Shown: piece after piece, positions 1 through 9,412 of the stretch | How the letters are laid out: every line of letters starts with the position of its first letter | How positions within the stretch are numbered: position 1 is the first letter of the stretch | DNA from: Blastocatellia bacterium | Lineage (GTDB): Bacteria; Acidobacteriota; Blastocatellia; UBA7656 | Direction: 5' to 3' | NCBI GenBank assembly: GCA_963765495.1 | Contig: CAVXWP010000001.1 | Coordinates: 1,216,001 to 1,280,000, forward strand | Length of the DNA: 64,000 nt | Made by a program: the position numbers and the translations under genes | The notes under the pieces: model-generated | The model's input: the letters and a program-made list of their open reading frames with translations, nothing else | Databases searched by the model: none | Told to the model about the DNA's origin: nothing

Positions 1-2325
1 ATCTATCACAGCCACCGCGAGGTGCTGGCTTTGACGAAGCGTTACGAGCGGCGCTACCTGATCGGCAAAGTCGCGATAGGTTATGACAACCATATCAGCG
101 CCCTGCCTCTTTTTGTTCCACGTCGAGGGCTGATTGGGGGTGATTGCGGCGGGGTGATTCAGATTCTCATCCGATACGGCGAGCATCACTCTCGCGCCCG
201 CATCGGGCGAGGCTACCCTGATTGCAAATTCCTTCCCGTCCGCCTCTATTGACCCGATGATCTCTTTTGGCATATTTGGATCGGTGATGTCAAAGACGCG
301 AATATCGGTTTGATCAAACCCGGTGATACGCGCTTCCTCCTGACCCGTGAAACTAAACATCAGGGTATTGTCATCGGCGCGGAAAGTGTGTGGATAGGTG
401 AGGCGAATATAATCAATCAGGCTGACATCGGTGCTTCCGCCTTCGGCTCGCAGGCTAACCGTATTGTTTCCCGCGATCAGCAGAGAAGCGGGAATGGCGA
501 AGCTTGAAACCGCGTGCGCCTGGCCATCGAAACTGATCGTGCCGAGGTCCGCCTCGTTGAGCAAGACTCTGATTATATGATCGGGCGTCGAGTCGGGCAG
601 AGAGGTCACGCCTTGCAGGGCCACTTCCAGAATAGCCTGTCCCGAAGATAACGTGTCGAGGTTTGTCAGGATGAGGTCTTGAGAGACTGCGCTATCGGTT
701 ACGGCAGGTCCAAAGAAATTATCTGCGTCACCGTTCTTGAGAGAGTCGAAGTAATTTATCCGTTCTTTGCGCTCGATGGTAAAAGGGAAATTCTGGGCCG
801 TGCCGGGAGGCGCTTTCAATCCGGGCGAGACGATCAGGCGCAGCCCCGCCTCGTCTCCCCGTACGAGCCAGTAAATATGAGCGTCCGTCCACAAGGTGTC
901 GAGCGGTGTGGCGTAAAATTCTATTGAATCACCCGGTTCAAGTCTCTCAATTGACTCTCCGTTTACAAGGATAGGAATCTGTCGGCCATCAACAAAGAGT
1001 TGAAGCAGGCGAGGGTCCGTTTCGGGATCAAGCCCGGCGGCTACGAGTTCGGGCTGAGTCACGCGAAACCATCCGGCCTGCTGGATCGAAAGTTTGATGC
1101 CCGGTTTTGCTGCGATGTCCCATTGCGTCAGAATGTCGGCAGGCGAAGGCTGTAAAGCAATCGAGGGGGGCACCTGTCTTTCGGCAAAAGGGTCAACCGT
1201 CGCCGGAGATCGCAGCCTGCCGAGCAGAAGCGGCGCGGTCTCAGGCGGTATTTCATCCGAACGGGTGGGAATTAAAGGTCCGTGCAGGCGGCTTTTGCCG
1301 TTCAGGTCGATATCTTCAATCCAGTAGACTGCGAAATCAGCGTCTTTCGGAATAGCGTCAAACCATGCGTATGATTGCCCGGCAGTCAGGGCGATGTTTG
1401 CGCCCGTCCTGAGCGCCGACCCTGCGACAAGCGAAGAGTTTATACGTGTGCGTTTGCCGCTCGTTTCTCGATAGATGTTGAATCCGAGATTGTTTCGCTC
1501 ATAGCCGGTCCGCCATTCCAGAAACACGCCCTTATCGGTTTGCACGGCATTAAAAGAGTCCATATCTATGGCGGTCGGGGCCGCGTTTGCGACTATGGAA
1601 AAATCGTCGATGCCAAGCGCCTGCGCGCTGGAAATGGTTGTCCCTGATGTAACCGAGTAATTCCATGCAAGGAACAGATCGCCTCCGACAGCAACGGTGA
1701 CATTTAGAAGCTGATTGCTGATTGAAAGGGTCGCTCCGGGTGCAGCCGCAAATCCGTTACTATTCGCATCGGCGGGAAAACTGGTGAGAAAAGCGGGGCC
1801 TGCCGAAATCCAACTGGCTCCATCGAGCGAATAATACATCTGAATCTGGAAGCCTGCCGGGTTGGACCCGTTTCGATATTTTTCCACGTTGTAAGAGATG
1901 CTTACGCTTGAGATAAGCTGGCCCGTATCGTTGAGGAACTGAGCATAAAGGTTTCCACTCTGTGTGCCACTGCCTGCTGAAATCCAGCCGACAGCCCTGT
2001 CTGTCGCCGTTGCTTCATCTCCTGCGCCGTAGTTGTAAATGCCATTCGCGGCGTTATTGGCCATACCATTGCCATCTCTGCGCTCGGTTGTGGTTACTGC
2101 GGCTGCGTATGTGCCAACCGTGCGGACTGTCGCCTGTTTATCGACCTTCCAACCCGCAGGCAATGTGGCCGTAGCTGTTGTTCCAAGGCTGTCGAAATCT
2201 TGTGTGTAAGGAGACGAGGGCGGCAGCGAGACTTGAGCCCGCACCGCCAGGCTCGATACAAAAGCAAGAAAAAAACAGATGGCACCGGTTAGAATAAACC
2301 TCCTGATTAATATGGTCATACTCAT
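1..2325 (-). CDS. Large secreted protein with C25 (gingipain-like) cysteine peptidase domain, 3' part runs off the window
   Basis: Not in the ORF track because it has no stop in the window. Both ends translated manually in one frame from ATG 2325 (RBS AGGAGG): signal peptide MSMTILIRRFILTGAICFFLAFVSSLAVRA, then PTAIDMDSFNA..VFLEWRTGYERNNLGFNIYR..VAGSAL. At the window edge, GADMVVITYRDFADQVAPLVTLRQSQHLAVAVID matches the start of a Peptidase_C25 domain. Confidence 0.75.
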   Translation of the reverse strand, partial: MSMTILIRRFILTGAICFFLAFVSSLAVRAQVSLPPSSPYTQDFDSLGTTATATLPAGWKVDKQATVRTVGTYAAAVTTTERRDGNGMANNAANGIYNYGAGDEATATDRAVGWISAGSGTQSGNLYAQFLNDTGQLISSVSISYNVEKYRNGSNPAGFQIQMYYSLDGASWISAGPAFLTSFPADANSNGFAAAPGATLSISNQLLNVTVAVGGDLFLAWNYSVTSGTTISSAQALGIDDFSIVANAAPTAIDMDSFNAVQTDKGVFLEWRTGYERNNLGFNIYRETSGKRTRINSSLVAGSALRTGANIALTAGQSYAWFDAIPKDADFAVYWIEDIDLNGKSRLHGPLIPTRSDEIPPETAPLLLGRLRSPATVDPFAERQVPPSIALQPSPADILTQWDIAAKPGIKLSIQQAGWFRVTQPELVAAGLDPETDPRLLQLFVDGRQIPILVNGESIERLEPGDSIEFYATPLDTLWTDAHIYWLVRGDEAGLRLIVSPGLKAPPGTAQNFPFTIERKERINYFDSLKNGDADNFFGPAVTDSAVSQDLILTNLDTLSSGQAILEVALQGVTSLPDSTPDHIIRVLLNEADLGTISFDGQAHAVSSFAIPASLLIAGNNTVSLRAEGGSTDVSLIDYIRLTYPHTFRADDNTLMFSFTGQEEARITGFDQTDIRVFDITDPNMPKEIIGSIEADGKEFAIRVASPDAGARVMLAVSDENLNHPAAITPNQPSTWNKKRQGADMVVITYRDFADQVAPLVTLRQSQHLAVAVID

Positions 2326-2418
2326 AAAGCCTCCTCTCATAATTTCCCGACGGGCGGCCATACTTCCGGCGCTTGAATACGGGTCTTTGCCCTCGCAGCT
2401 ATCAGGGCAGGCAATCGA

Positions 2419-2904
2419 TTAAAGACACGTGCGCGGAAAACTTACGGAACAACCGGTACATCCTCGCGCCTGGCACTCGGCATCGCTTGAGCATGGAGTG
2501 CCGACGCAACTCGCCGAGGCGGATGCCGCGGGAGCAAGGACGGAAATTACTACCGGGATTGAAATGGATAAGCCAAACTTTCGCACGATGTCTCGCCGCA
2601 AAAGAGGCTGTGCGTACGGGGAGCGCGGCATCCGTCCTTCTAACAGGTGATGTCTTTCCAAAAGCTCCAGGCCATACCGGATTACCTCTTCATCAAGCGG
2701 GCTCATCGCTTTACAATTGAGCCTGATAGCCATCTCGGCTACGGAGGTATTTCCATCACAGAGATTCCAGATGGCAGCGGCGGTCTGATTCAGACAGTAT
2801 GCCCTGTGCCTGTCGAGATCATAGACTAATACTTCGTCCGGCAACTCGGTCGTCAAGATATTGTTTTTCCGCGCGAGTGAGAATGCTTCTCTATTTTTGG
2901 CCAT
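2419..2904 (-). CDS. PqqD/RRE domain fused to twin-Arg leader and Cys-rich C-terminal peptide
   Basis: N-terminal ELPDEVLVYDL..AYCLNQTAAAIWNLCDG..SVAEMA is a PqqD/RRE signature. It is followed by LRRDIVRKFGLSISIPVVISVLAPAASASAS and CVGTPCSSDAECQARGCTGCSVSFPRTCL. Confidence 0.85.
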   Translation of the reverse strand: MAKNREAFSLARKNNILTTELPDEVLVYDLDRHRAYCLNQTAAAIWNLCDGNTSVAEMAIRLNCKAMSPLDEEVIRYGLELLERHHLLEGRMPRSPYAQPLLRRDIVRKFGLSISIPVVISVLAPAASASASCVGTPCSSDAECQARGCTGCSVSFPRTCL

Positions 2905-3133
2905 AGCTATCGCTCACCCTCGAATAAGGGCTCAGAAACAAGACTCTCGTTTAGCCCCCTTGCCCGCAACGGCAAATCGTTACGAGCGAAGGCTTGTGAA
3001 ATGCCTTGTTGTAATGTTCTTATTCTTTATCCAACCATAGTTTGGCTATAACTAAGGTTAGCACCGTAAAAGATTGATTGATTTTCGGCGTCACCTGGGG
3101 ACAGACGCCGCGTGACGGTTACTACAGGCCGCT

Positions 3134-3162
3134 ATCGTATTCCTCTTTTCTCTGCAAGTCAA
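3134..3162 (-). promoter_or_regulatory. Putative sigma70 promoter for the PqqD-fusion/C25 genes
   Basis: On the minus strand: TTGACT-N17-TACGAT. Confidence 0.55.
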
Positions 3163-3277
3163 GAGGATCGACTCGCTGAAATGGTCATAAATATCATGCC
3201 CCGAAGGATTAATGGGCCCGTCTTGATTTGATCTTGAAAAAGCCCGTCTCAGAGGCCAAAAATATCTACCAAACGGC

Positions 3278-3306
3278 TTGACAGAGTGAGGGTAACTGGA
3301 TAATGT
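3278..3306 (+). promoter_or_regulatory. Putative sigma70 promoter of the rmlC operon (long 5' leader)
   Basis: TTGACA-N17-TAATGT, 392 nt upstream of the rmlC ATG. Confidence 0.6.
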
Positions 3307-3570
3307 TTTCCGCTTAGAAGCTTTATATAAACACTTTTTCTTATGACTATCCGACAGATAAAGAGGGAGGCAGTGGTAATATAATTCTTCAATAACTATA
3401 ATGCAATTTTGGGCTTTAGCGCAGGCACCTCAATACTCTAAATATCGCTTCCCCCAGGCTAAGAATTTTATGCTCTTTTGTGGTGGATTTTTTATGCGTC
3501 CGACTGCAGGCAAACTATTTATATGAAGCAGTGCCCCCCACTGCTGCTTCATGTTCAAATGTTAAAGATT

Positions 3571-3607
3571 GCCACCTATTGTGGCTTCCCTCAGGGGCTA
3601 AACCATT
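3571..3607 (+). promoter_or_regulatory. Conserved structured leader motif, copy 1
   Basis: GCCACCTATTGTGGCTTCCCTCAGGGGCTAAACCATT is 31/37 identical to 6771-6807. Both copies start 99 nt before the ATG. Confidence 0.65.
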
Positions 3608-3669
3608 GCAAGGCATAGCCTGCTCTATTTGAACATGCTATAACCTTTATCGGTTTATCACTTTTTTTT

Positions 3670-4236
3670 ATGAGGCTGATCGAAACCAATCTTCCCGAAG
3701 TGAAGCTGATAGAGCCTTCTATATTTTCTGATGAGCGGGGATTTTTTTTTGAGAGCTACAACCTTTCGCGATTTGCTGAACTCGGTATAAAAAACAATTT
3801 CGTACAGGATAATCACTCAAAATCAATCAAAGGCACGATCAGGGGGTTGCATTATCAACTGAATCATCCTCAGGCAAAACTTTGCCGCGTGACCCGGGGT
3901 GAAGTCCTCGATGTGGTCGTAGACATACGCGCGGGCTCTCCGTATTTCGGCAAATACACGAGCGCGATTTTGTCGGCTGAAAACCATCGCCAGATTTATA
4001 TCCCCGAAGGGTTCGCTCACGGTTTTCAGGTTCTATCGAGTGTGGCGGAGTTCCTCTATAAGTGCAGCGATTTCTACTACGCGGAGGACGAACGAGGCGT
4101 TTTGTGGTGTGATCCTGAAATAGGCATCGATTGGCGGGGAGATAACCCCATTCTTTCAGAAAAGGACCTGCGAAACCCGAGGCTTCGAGATATTGAGGTC
4201 TCACAGTTGCCGAGATTTTCAGAGGATAGTAAATGA
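3670..4236 (+). CDS. rfbC: dTDP-4-dehydrorhamnose 3,5-epimerase
   Basis: DERGFFFESYN, QDNHSKS..GTIRGLHYQ, PEGFAHGF motifs. Confidence 0.97.
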   Translation: MRLIETNLPEVKLIEPSIFSDERGFFFESYNLSRFAELGIKNNFVQDNHSKSIKGTIRGLHYQLNHPQAKLCRVTRGEVLDVVVDIRAGSPYFGKYTSAILSAENHRQIYIPEGFAHGFQVLSSVAEFLYKCSDFYYAEDERGVLWCDPEIGIDWRGDNPILSEKDLRNPRLRDIEVSQLPRFSEDSK

Positions 4237-4952
4237 AGGGAATCGTACTTGCGGGCGGGCTCGGCACGCGCCTCGCCCCGCTCACAAGAATAACCAACAA
4301 GCACCTTTTGCCTGTCTATGACCGGCCTATGATCTATTATCCCGTCAAGACCTTAGTCGAGGCGGGGATAACCGAGATACTGATCGTGACGGGCGGTAAC
4401 AACGCGGGTGATTTCCTAAAGCTTCTCAGAAACGGGGCCGAGTTTGGGCTGAAACATTTGAACTATGCCTATCAGGAAGGCGAAGGCGGGATAGCGGCGG
4501 CGCTTTCTCTTGCCGAACACTTTGCCGATGGCGGCCCCGTATGCGTCGTCTTAGGGGATAACATCCTTGAGAAAAGCATAGCCGAGCAGGTGAAAAAATT
4601 TCGCCATCAAGGGGCGGGGGCAAAAATACTGCTCAGCGAAGTAAGCGACCCCGAGCGTTTCGGAGTCCCCGTATTTGAAGGCGACCGCATACTTCGCATC
4701 GAAGAGAAGCCCGCCATGCCTCAATCGGTATACGCCGTGACGGGCGTTTATATGTACGACAGCCGGGTATTTGAAATCATAAAGACATTGCACCCGAGCG
4801 GGCGAGGCGAACTTGAGATCACCGATGTGAATAACAACTACATCGAACGAGGCGATATGACCTGGGACGTATTGGATGGCTGGTGGACCGACGCCGGGAC
4901 ATTCGACAGTTTGCTTCGGGCATCGAATCTCGTAGCCAAAATCAAAGAGTGA
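4233..4952 (+). CDS. rfbA: Glucose-1-phosphate thymidylyltransferase (short RmlA/SpsI type)
   Basis: MKGIVLAGGLGTRLAPLT..NKHLLPVYDRPMIYYP, EEKP, SGRGELEITD, WTDAGT. Confidence 0.9.
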   Translation: MKGIVLAGGLGTRLAPLTRITNKHLLPVYDRPMIYYPVKTLVEAGITEILIVTGGNNAGDFLKLLRNGAEFGLKHLNYAYQEGEGGIAAALSLAEHFADGGPVCVVLGDNILEKSIAEQVKKFRHQGAGAKILLSEVSDPERFGVPVFEGDRILRIEEKPAMPQSVYAVTGVYMYDSRVFEIIKTLHPSGRGELEITDVNNNYIERGDMTWDVLDGWWTDAGTFDSLLRASNLVAKIKE

Positions 4953-5151
4953 TATAGCCTCGCAAGCGAAGTTGAAGCTGGCACAGGTTATTGCCTTTTA
5001 GAATTCCGCGTTTATAAAGTTATGCGGTTGACGAAAGCCCAACAGTCTGGCAGAAAGACATATTATATACTTCGTCCCAGCTAACCAATTGGTACTCGAC
5101 TACAGGTTGAGCAATAAACTTTTGGCTTATGCGTCTTAGATTTATCGAAAA

Positions 5152-6243
5152 GTGATAAACAGAAAGGAGAGCGAAAGGAAAGCCGGAACTGGCAATCTGT
5201 TAGCGTCATTACTCACCGGTTCGTGGAGAGATGCCCCACCCGTTGTGGAGCAGTCTGGTGAGGAACTGGCCAGGGCTTCTTCTCTGCTTGTAGGGTCTGG
5301 GGCATCGGGGCTTTGCTGGTGGCGGATACGCAATTCCGAACTGCGATCATCACCCGTAGCCGTTCAACATCAGCAGGCATACAGATTTCAAACCGTCCGG
5401 GCTGCCCTTCACGAACGCGAAATCAAAGAGGTCTTCGCGCTTTTGCGCTCGGCTGGAATAGAGCCGATACTGATCAAAGGATGGGCAACTTCCCGGCTCT
5501 ATCCCGAGAAGGGCTTGCGTCCGACAGGAGATATTGACCTCTTCATACTTCCTGAGCAGCGACAGACGGCGATAACCGCGCTTGAGGCCCGGGAGGGCTA
5601 CCGGACTGATGTTGACTTCCAACACGACGACCTCGACACCTTGGGTAAACGGGCTGTCGAGGAACTATATGTTCGCTCGCAGACGGTCAGACTCGAAGAG
5701 GCGGAGATTCGACTGCTCGGGCCTGAGGATCATCTGCGGTTATTATGCATGCACCTGCTGCGGCATGGTGCATATCGCCCTTTGTGGCTTTGCGATATAG
5801 CGCTTGAGGTAGAATCGCGGCCTTCTGATTTTGACTGGGACCTCTGTTTTGGGAAAGATCGCCGCCGCGCAGACTGGGTCGCCTGCACAATCGCCTTAGC
5901 GCATCAGTTGCTTGGTGCCAGGGTGGATAATACTCCTGTGGAGAATAAGGCCGGGAATCTGCCGGGATGGCTTATTCCAACGGTGCTGAAACAATGGGAG
6001 GCCCCTTTTGCAACGCGCCACGGCGAAAACAGACACAGGGCTCCCATGATAACTTACCTGCGTAACCCTCGTGGTTTGCTGAAAGATTTAGGGAACCGCT
6101 GGCCCGATCCTATCTCTGCAACCGTGAGCGTCAACGGGTCTTTCAATAAGACTCCAAGGTTCTTTTACCAACTGGGCAATTGTTTTTCCCGGATAATGGG
6201 ATTTATTTCCCGGCTGCCCGGATTGATGCAGGCGGACAAATGA
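5152..6243 (+). CDS. Nucleotidyltransferase family protein (NTP_transf_5-like)
   Basis: GIEPILIKGW..LYP..LRPTGDIDL (metal-binding DxD) and HLLRHG..RPLWLCDI. Same family as 48970-50163. Confidence 0.85.
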   Translation: MINRKESERKAGTGNLLASLLTGSWRDAPPVVEQSGEELARASSLLVGSGASGLCWWRIRNSELRSSPVAVQHQQAYRFQTVRAALHEREIKEVFALLRSAGIEPILIKGWATSRLYPEKGLRPTGDIDLFILPEQRQTAITALEAREGYRTDVDFQHDDLDTLGKRAVEELYVRSQTVRLEEAEIRLLGPEDHLRLLCMHLLRHGAYRPLWLCDIALEVESRPSDFDWDLCFGKDRRRADWVACTIALAHQLLGARVDNTPVENKAGNLPGWLIPTVLKQWEAPFATRHGENRHRAPMITYLRNPRGLLKDLGNRWPDPISATVSVNGSFNKTPRFFYQLGNCFSRIMGFISRLPGLMQADK

Positions 6244-6269
6244 GGCCGCAAAAAGGCAGGGACCTACCT

Positions 6270-6446
6270 CAGGGCCATTCAGTTTTCCAAAATGTAGAAC
6301 TGGAAAATAGAAATAGGCCGGGACGAATCCGCGCTAATCCGCCGCATCCGCGTCCGTCCCGGCCTATTCCCACTCGCCTTTCGTTCGAATTAACCTGCAA
6401 TAATTTTGTCGCATACAGCCCGCTACTCAAAAACTGAATGGCCCTG
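6270..6446. mobile_element. MITE family B (177 bp) with 17-bp terminal inverted repeats
   Basis: TIR CAGGGCCATTCAGTTTT / AAAACTGAATGGCCCTG. Flanks GGGACCTACCT and GGAGCCTACCT match at 9/11 (decayed TSD). Internal perfect 14-bp inverted repeat AATAGGCCGGGACG/CGTCCCGGCCTATT. Confidence 0.7.
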
Positions 6447-6488
6447 GGAGCCTACCTGATCTGACGACTCGAGAAACGGTCTTAATTC

Positions 6489-6517
6489 TTGACAGGACAT
6501 GGATGGTACGGTATGGT
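6489..6517 (+). promoter_or_regulatory. Putative sigma70 promoter of the main polysaccharide operon
   Basis: TTGACA-N17-TATGGT, 381 nt upstream of ATG 6870. Confidence 0.6.
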
Positions 6518-6770
6518 CTTTCACGCCCGGTTTTTTGTGATTGCAGGCTCTAGTTAGGACGAGGAAGCGAGTAAAAAGTTTGGTTCGCACCCTCTGGAAT
6601 TTTGTCCCGGAATTTGTCATAGTACAGATTCCCAAGGTTCTCAAATTGTTTCCCCTGACAGTTAATTTATTTTGGGTTTTATGCCCCTTGTGTTTTCAAA
6701 AGGATTGAAATTAATGAGGTAAGAAATTGCAGTCACCTCATAAAGCTTCTCTTCGTTGAAGCCATAGGCC

Positions 6771-6807
6771 GCCACAAATTGTGGTTTCCCTCCGGGGCTT
6801 AACAATT
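6771..6807 (+). promoter_or_regulatory. Conserved structured leader motif, copy 2
   Basis: GCCACAAATTGTGGTTTCCCTCCGGGGCTTAACAATT; see copy 1. Confidence 0.65.
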
Positions 6808-6869
6808 TATGGGAGCGGTCTATCTACTGTCATCCGGGACCGCTTCACGCATATTTCGAGATAACATAT

Positions 6870-8030
6870 ATGTCAAAAACCAGTTCCGAATTTCAATCCT
6901 CCGAGACTGAGCGCGTTCCATTGCTCGATTTGAAGGCGCAATATGCCGCGATTCGCGAAGAAGTGCGCGCGGCAATTGATCGCGTGGCCGATTCGCAATA
7001 CTTTATCCTTGGGCCGGAGGTCGAGGCGCTCGAGCGCGAGATCGCCGCTTACTCCGAATGCGCCTGCGGGATAGGCGTATCCTCGGGCACGGACGCCCTG
7101 CTTGTGACGCTTATGGCAATGGATGTGAAGCCTGGGGATGAAATAATCACTACGCCGTATTCATTTTTCGCGACGGCTGGTTCTATAGCGCGTCTCGGAG
7201 CAAAGCCGGTCTTCGTCGATATCAACCCCGAGACTTACAACATCGATCCGGCCCTCATAGAAGCCGCGATTACAGAGCGCACTCGCGCCATAATGCCCGT
7301 CCATCTTTACGGGCAGATGGCCAATATGGACCCCGTCTTAGAAGTCGCCCGACGTCACAACCTGTACGTCATCGAAGACGCCGCGCAGGCCATAGGCGCG
7401 GAGTACAAAGGGCGTCGCGCAGGGTCGCTCGGGCATTTCGGGTGCTTCAGCTTCTTTCCTTCAAAGAACCTCGGGGGGTTCGGAGACGGAGGCATGGTCA
7501 CGGCAAATGATCAGACGCTTGCCGAGAGCGTAAAGCTGTTTCGCAATCACGGGTATAAACCGAAATATTACAACAAGGTGCTTGGCGGAAATTTCAGGCT
7601 CGATGCGATTCAAGCCGCTGTCCTGCGCGTGAAATTGAAATATCTCGACAACTGGACTGCCGGGCGCAGGCGTAATGCCGACGCTTATCGCGAGCTTTTT
7701 CGCGCGGCAGGTCTTACCGAAAAACGCGGGATCGTGATGCCTTTTGAGGCCGAAGATTGTCGCCATATCTACAACCAGTTTGTGATCCGCGCGCCCGAAA
7801 GAGATGGGCTTCGCGCCTATCTGAAAGAGCGACAGATAGAGACCGAAATTTATTACCCCGTGCCGCTGCACTTGCAGGAATGCTTTGATGAACTTGGCTA
7901 CAGCGAAGGCCAGTTCCCCTTGAGCGAAGAGGCCGCGCTCTCTACGCTTGCGCTTCCCATCTATCCTGAATTGACACTCGGGCAACAGGAAAGTGTGGTC
8001 CGAGCGATTGAGGGCTTTCTATCCGTATGA
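6870..8030 (+). CDS. DegT/DnrJ/EryC1/StrS family PLP sugar aminotransferase
   Basis: [40 protein letters not shown] (PLP lysine). Confidence 0.95.
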   Translation: MSKTSSEFQSSETERVPLLDLKAQYAAIREEVRAAIDRVADSQYFILGPEVEALEREIAAYSECACGIGVSSGTDALLVTLMAMDVKPGDEIITTPYSFFATAGSIARLGAKPVFVDINPETYNIDPALIEAAITERTRAIMPVHLYGQMANMDPVLEVARRHNLYVIEDAAQAIGAEYKGRRAGSLGHFGCFSFFPSKNLGGFGDGGMVTANDQTLAESVKLFRNHGYKPKYYNKVLGGNFRLDAIQAAVLRVKLKYLDNWTAGRRRNADAYRELFRAAGLTEKRGIVMPFEAEDCRHIYNQFVIRAPERDGLRAYLKERQIETEIYYPVPLHLQECFDELGYSEGQFPLSEEAALSTLALPIYPELTLGQQESVVRAIEGFLSV

Positions 8031-9412
8031 GCAAGCGGCTTGACCTGGCGATAGCGACGGGATTGCTTTTTACGGTTGGATTTACCGCGCTCGCTTATGG
8101 AACGGTCGAAGCCTGGTCTGTCGCCGTATTCGAATTTCTCGTAACCGCGCTCGTAGTGCTCTGGGCAGCAAAGGCTGTCGCGGATAAACACCTCTCGGTA
8201 AACATCCCTGCGCTTGCGCTCCCGCTCGGAGCGTTTTTCCTTTTCGGTCTCGCGCAATCGGTGGCACTGACGGGCAGCGACGGAACCATCAAAAGCCTTT
8301 CGATGGATGTCGAGGCCACGCGGCGGGCGGTCACGGTGATCTTCTTTCTGTTTGTGGCATTTCTGGTTGCCGCAAACTTTTTTACAACGGCTAAACGATT
8401 GCGCGGGCTTGCGATATTCTTGACCCTGTACGGGCTGGGGATGGCGGTCTTTGCCCTCGTACAGCATTTCGCCTGGGACGGCAGATTCTTCTGGATAAGA
8501 CCGACAAAGGCGACCGTATTTGGCTCTTTTGTAAACCGCAATCATTTTGCCGGATATATGGAGATGCTGGTCCCCGTCCCGCTTGCGCTCATAATTTCGC
8601 GCGGCGCGGGCGAAGGGAGACTGATCTACGGGTTTGCCACGGCTCTTATGGGCACCTCGATAGCGATTTCCCAGTCTCGCGGCGGGATCATCAGCCTCGC
8701 CTGTGAACTGATCTTTATCGCGCTTATGAGCAAGCGAGTCTTGAACGCCTCGCGCCCGCAGAGAGGCAATCGGAGTGAGGGTACGATCCGCACCGGTCGA
8801 AGATTTGCCGCCGTGGGCATCGTTGCTGTTTTGATCTTATCGGGCACGGTATGGTGGCTGGGCCTTGCCCCGATAGCCGAGCGATTCGGGCAGATAATAG
8901 ATGATGTCTCAGGCTCCAATGCAAACGAGAACTATTCTCGCGCCGGGATGTGGCGAGACACGCTCGCGCTTGTCCGCGCAAATGCTGTTACGGGCACAGG
9001 GATTGGAGCCTTTGAAACCGTTTATCCTCAGTATGGTCAGAGCGACGGAACGCTCAGGGTAGATTATGCCCATAATGATTATCTGCAAGTGCTTGCTGAT
9101 AGCGGCATAGTGGGCGGGATTATCGCTCTCTCTTTTATCGTTCTTATCGGATTTGCGATGGCGCGGGCTACCAGATCGCGCGACCCTTTTGCCTGTGGGC
9201 TTGCGCTCGGATTGAGCGCGGGCATACTCGGGTTGCTCGTTCATTCCCTGTTTGACTTTAACCTTCAAATACCATCTAATGCGTTGTTATTTCTGGTTCT
9301 CGCGGGAGTGCTCGCGCACCTTGCCTCGACAGTCGATGTATACGGATCAGAAACCACACCCGAGCCTGCTTCAAGTGTTGCTGCGGGTTTTGTTACAAGA
9401 GGGGCTGTATGA
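8027..9412 (+). CDS. O-antigen ligase family (Wzy_C) membrane protein
   Basis: Many TM helices; [42 protein letters not shown]. Confidence 0.88.
   Translation: MSKRLDLAIATGLLFTVGFTALAYGTVEAWSVAVFEFLVTALVVLWAAKAVADKHLSVNIPALALPLGAFFLFGLAQSVALTGSDGTIKSLSMDVEATRRAVTVIFFLFVAFLVAANFFTTAKRLRGLAIFLTLYGLGMAVFALVQHFAWDGRFFWIRPTKATVFGSFVNRNHFAGYMEMLVPVPLALIISRGAGEGRLIYGFATALMGTSIAISQSRGGIISLACELIFIALMSKRVLNASRPQRGNRSEGTIRTGRRFAAVGIVAVLILSGTVWWLGLAPIAERFGQIIDDVSGSNANENYSRAGMWRDTLALVRANAVTGTGIGAFETVYPQYGQSDGTLRVDYAHNDYLQVLADSGIVGGIIALSFIVLIGFAMARATRSRDPFACGLALGLSAGILGLLVHSLFDFNLQIPSNALLFLVLAGVLAHLASTVDVYGSETTPEPASSVAAGFVTRGAV

Noticed and set aside
22-2285. Short ORFs listed in the first 2.3 kb
   Set aside because: They are shadow frames of the long minus-strand C25 peptidase gene.
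3662-3669. T8 tract just before the rmlC ATG as a phase-variation switch
   Set aside because: It is short, non-coding and not within a promoter spacer; no supporting evidence.
4979-4994. TGGCACAGGTTATTGC, resembling a sigma54 -24/-12 promoter upstream of the nucleotidyltransferase
   Set aside because: The GG-to-GC spacing is 11 nt rather than the strict 10 nt.
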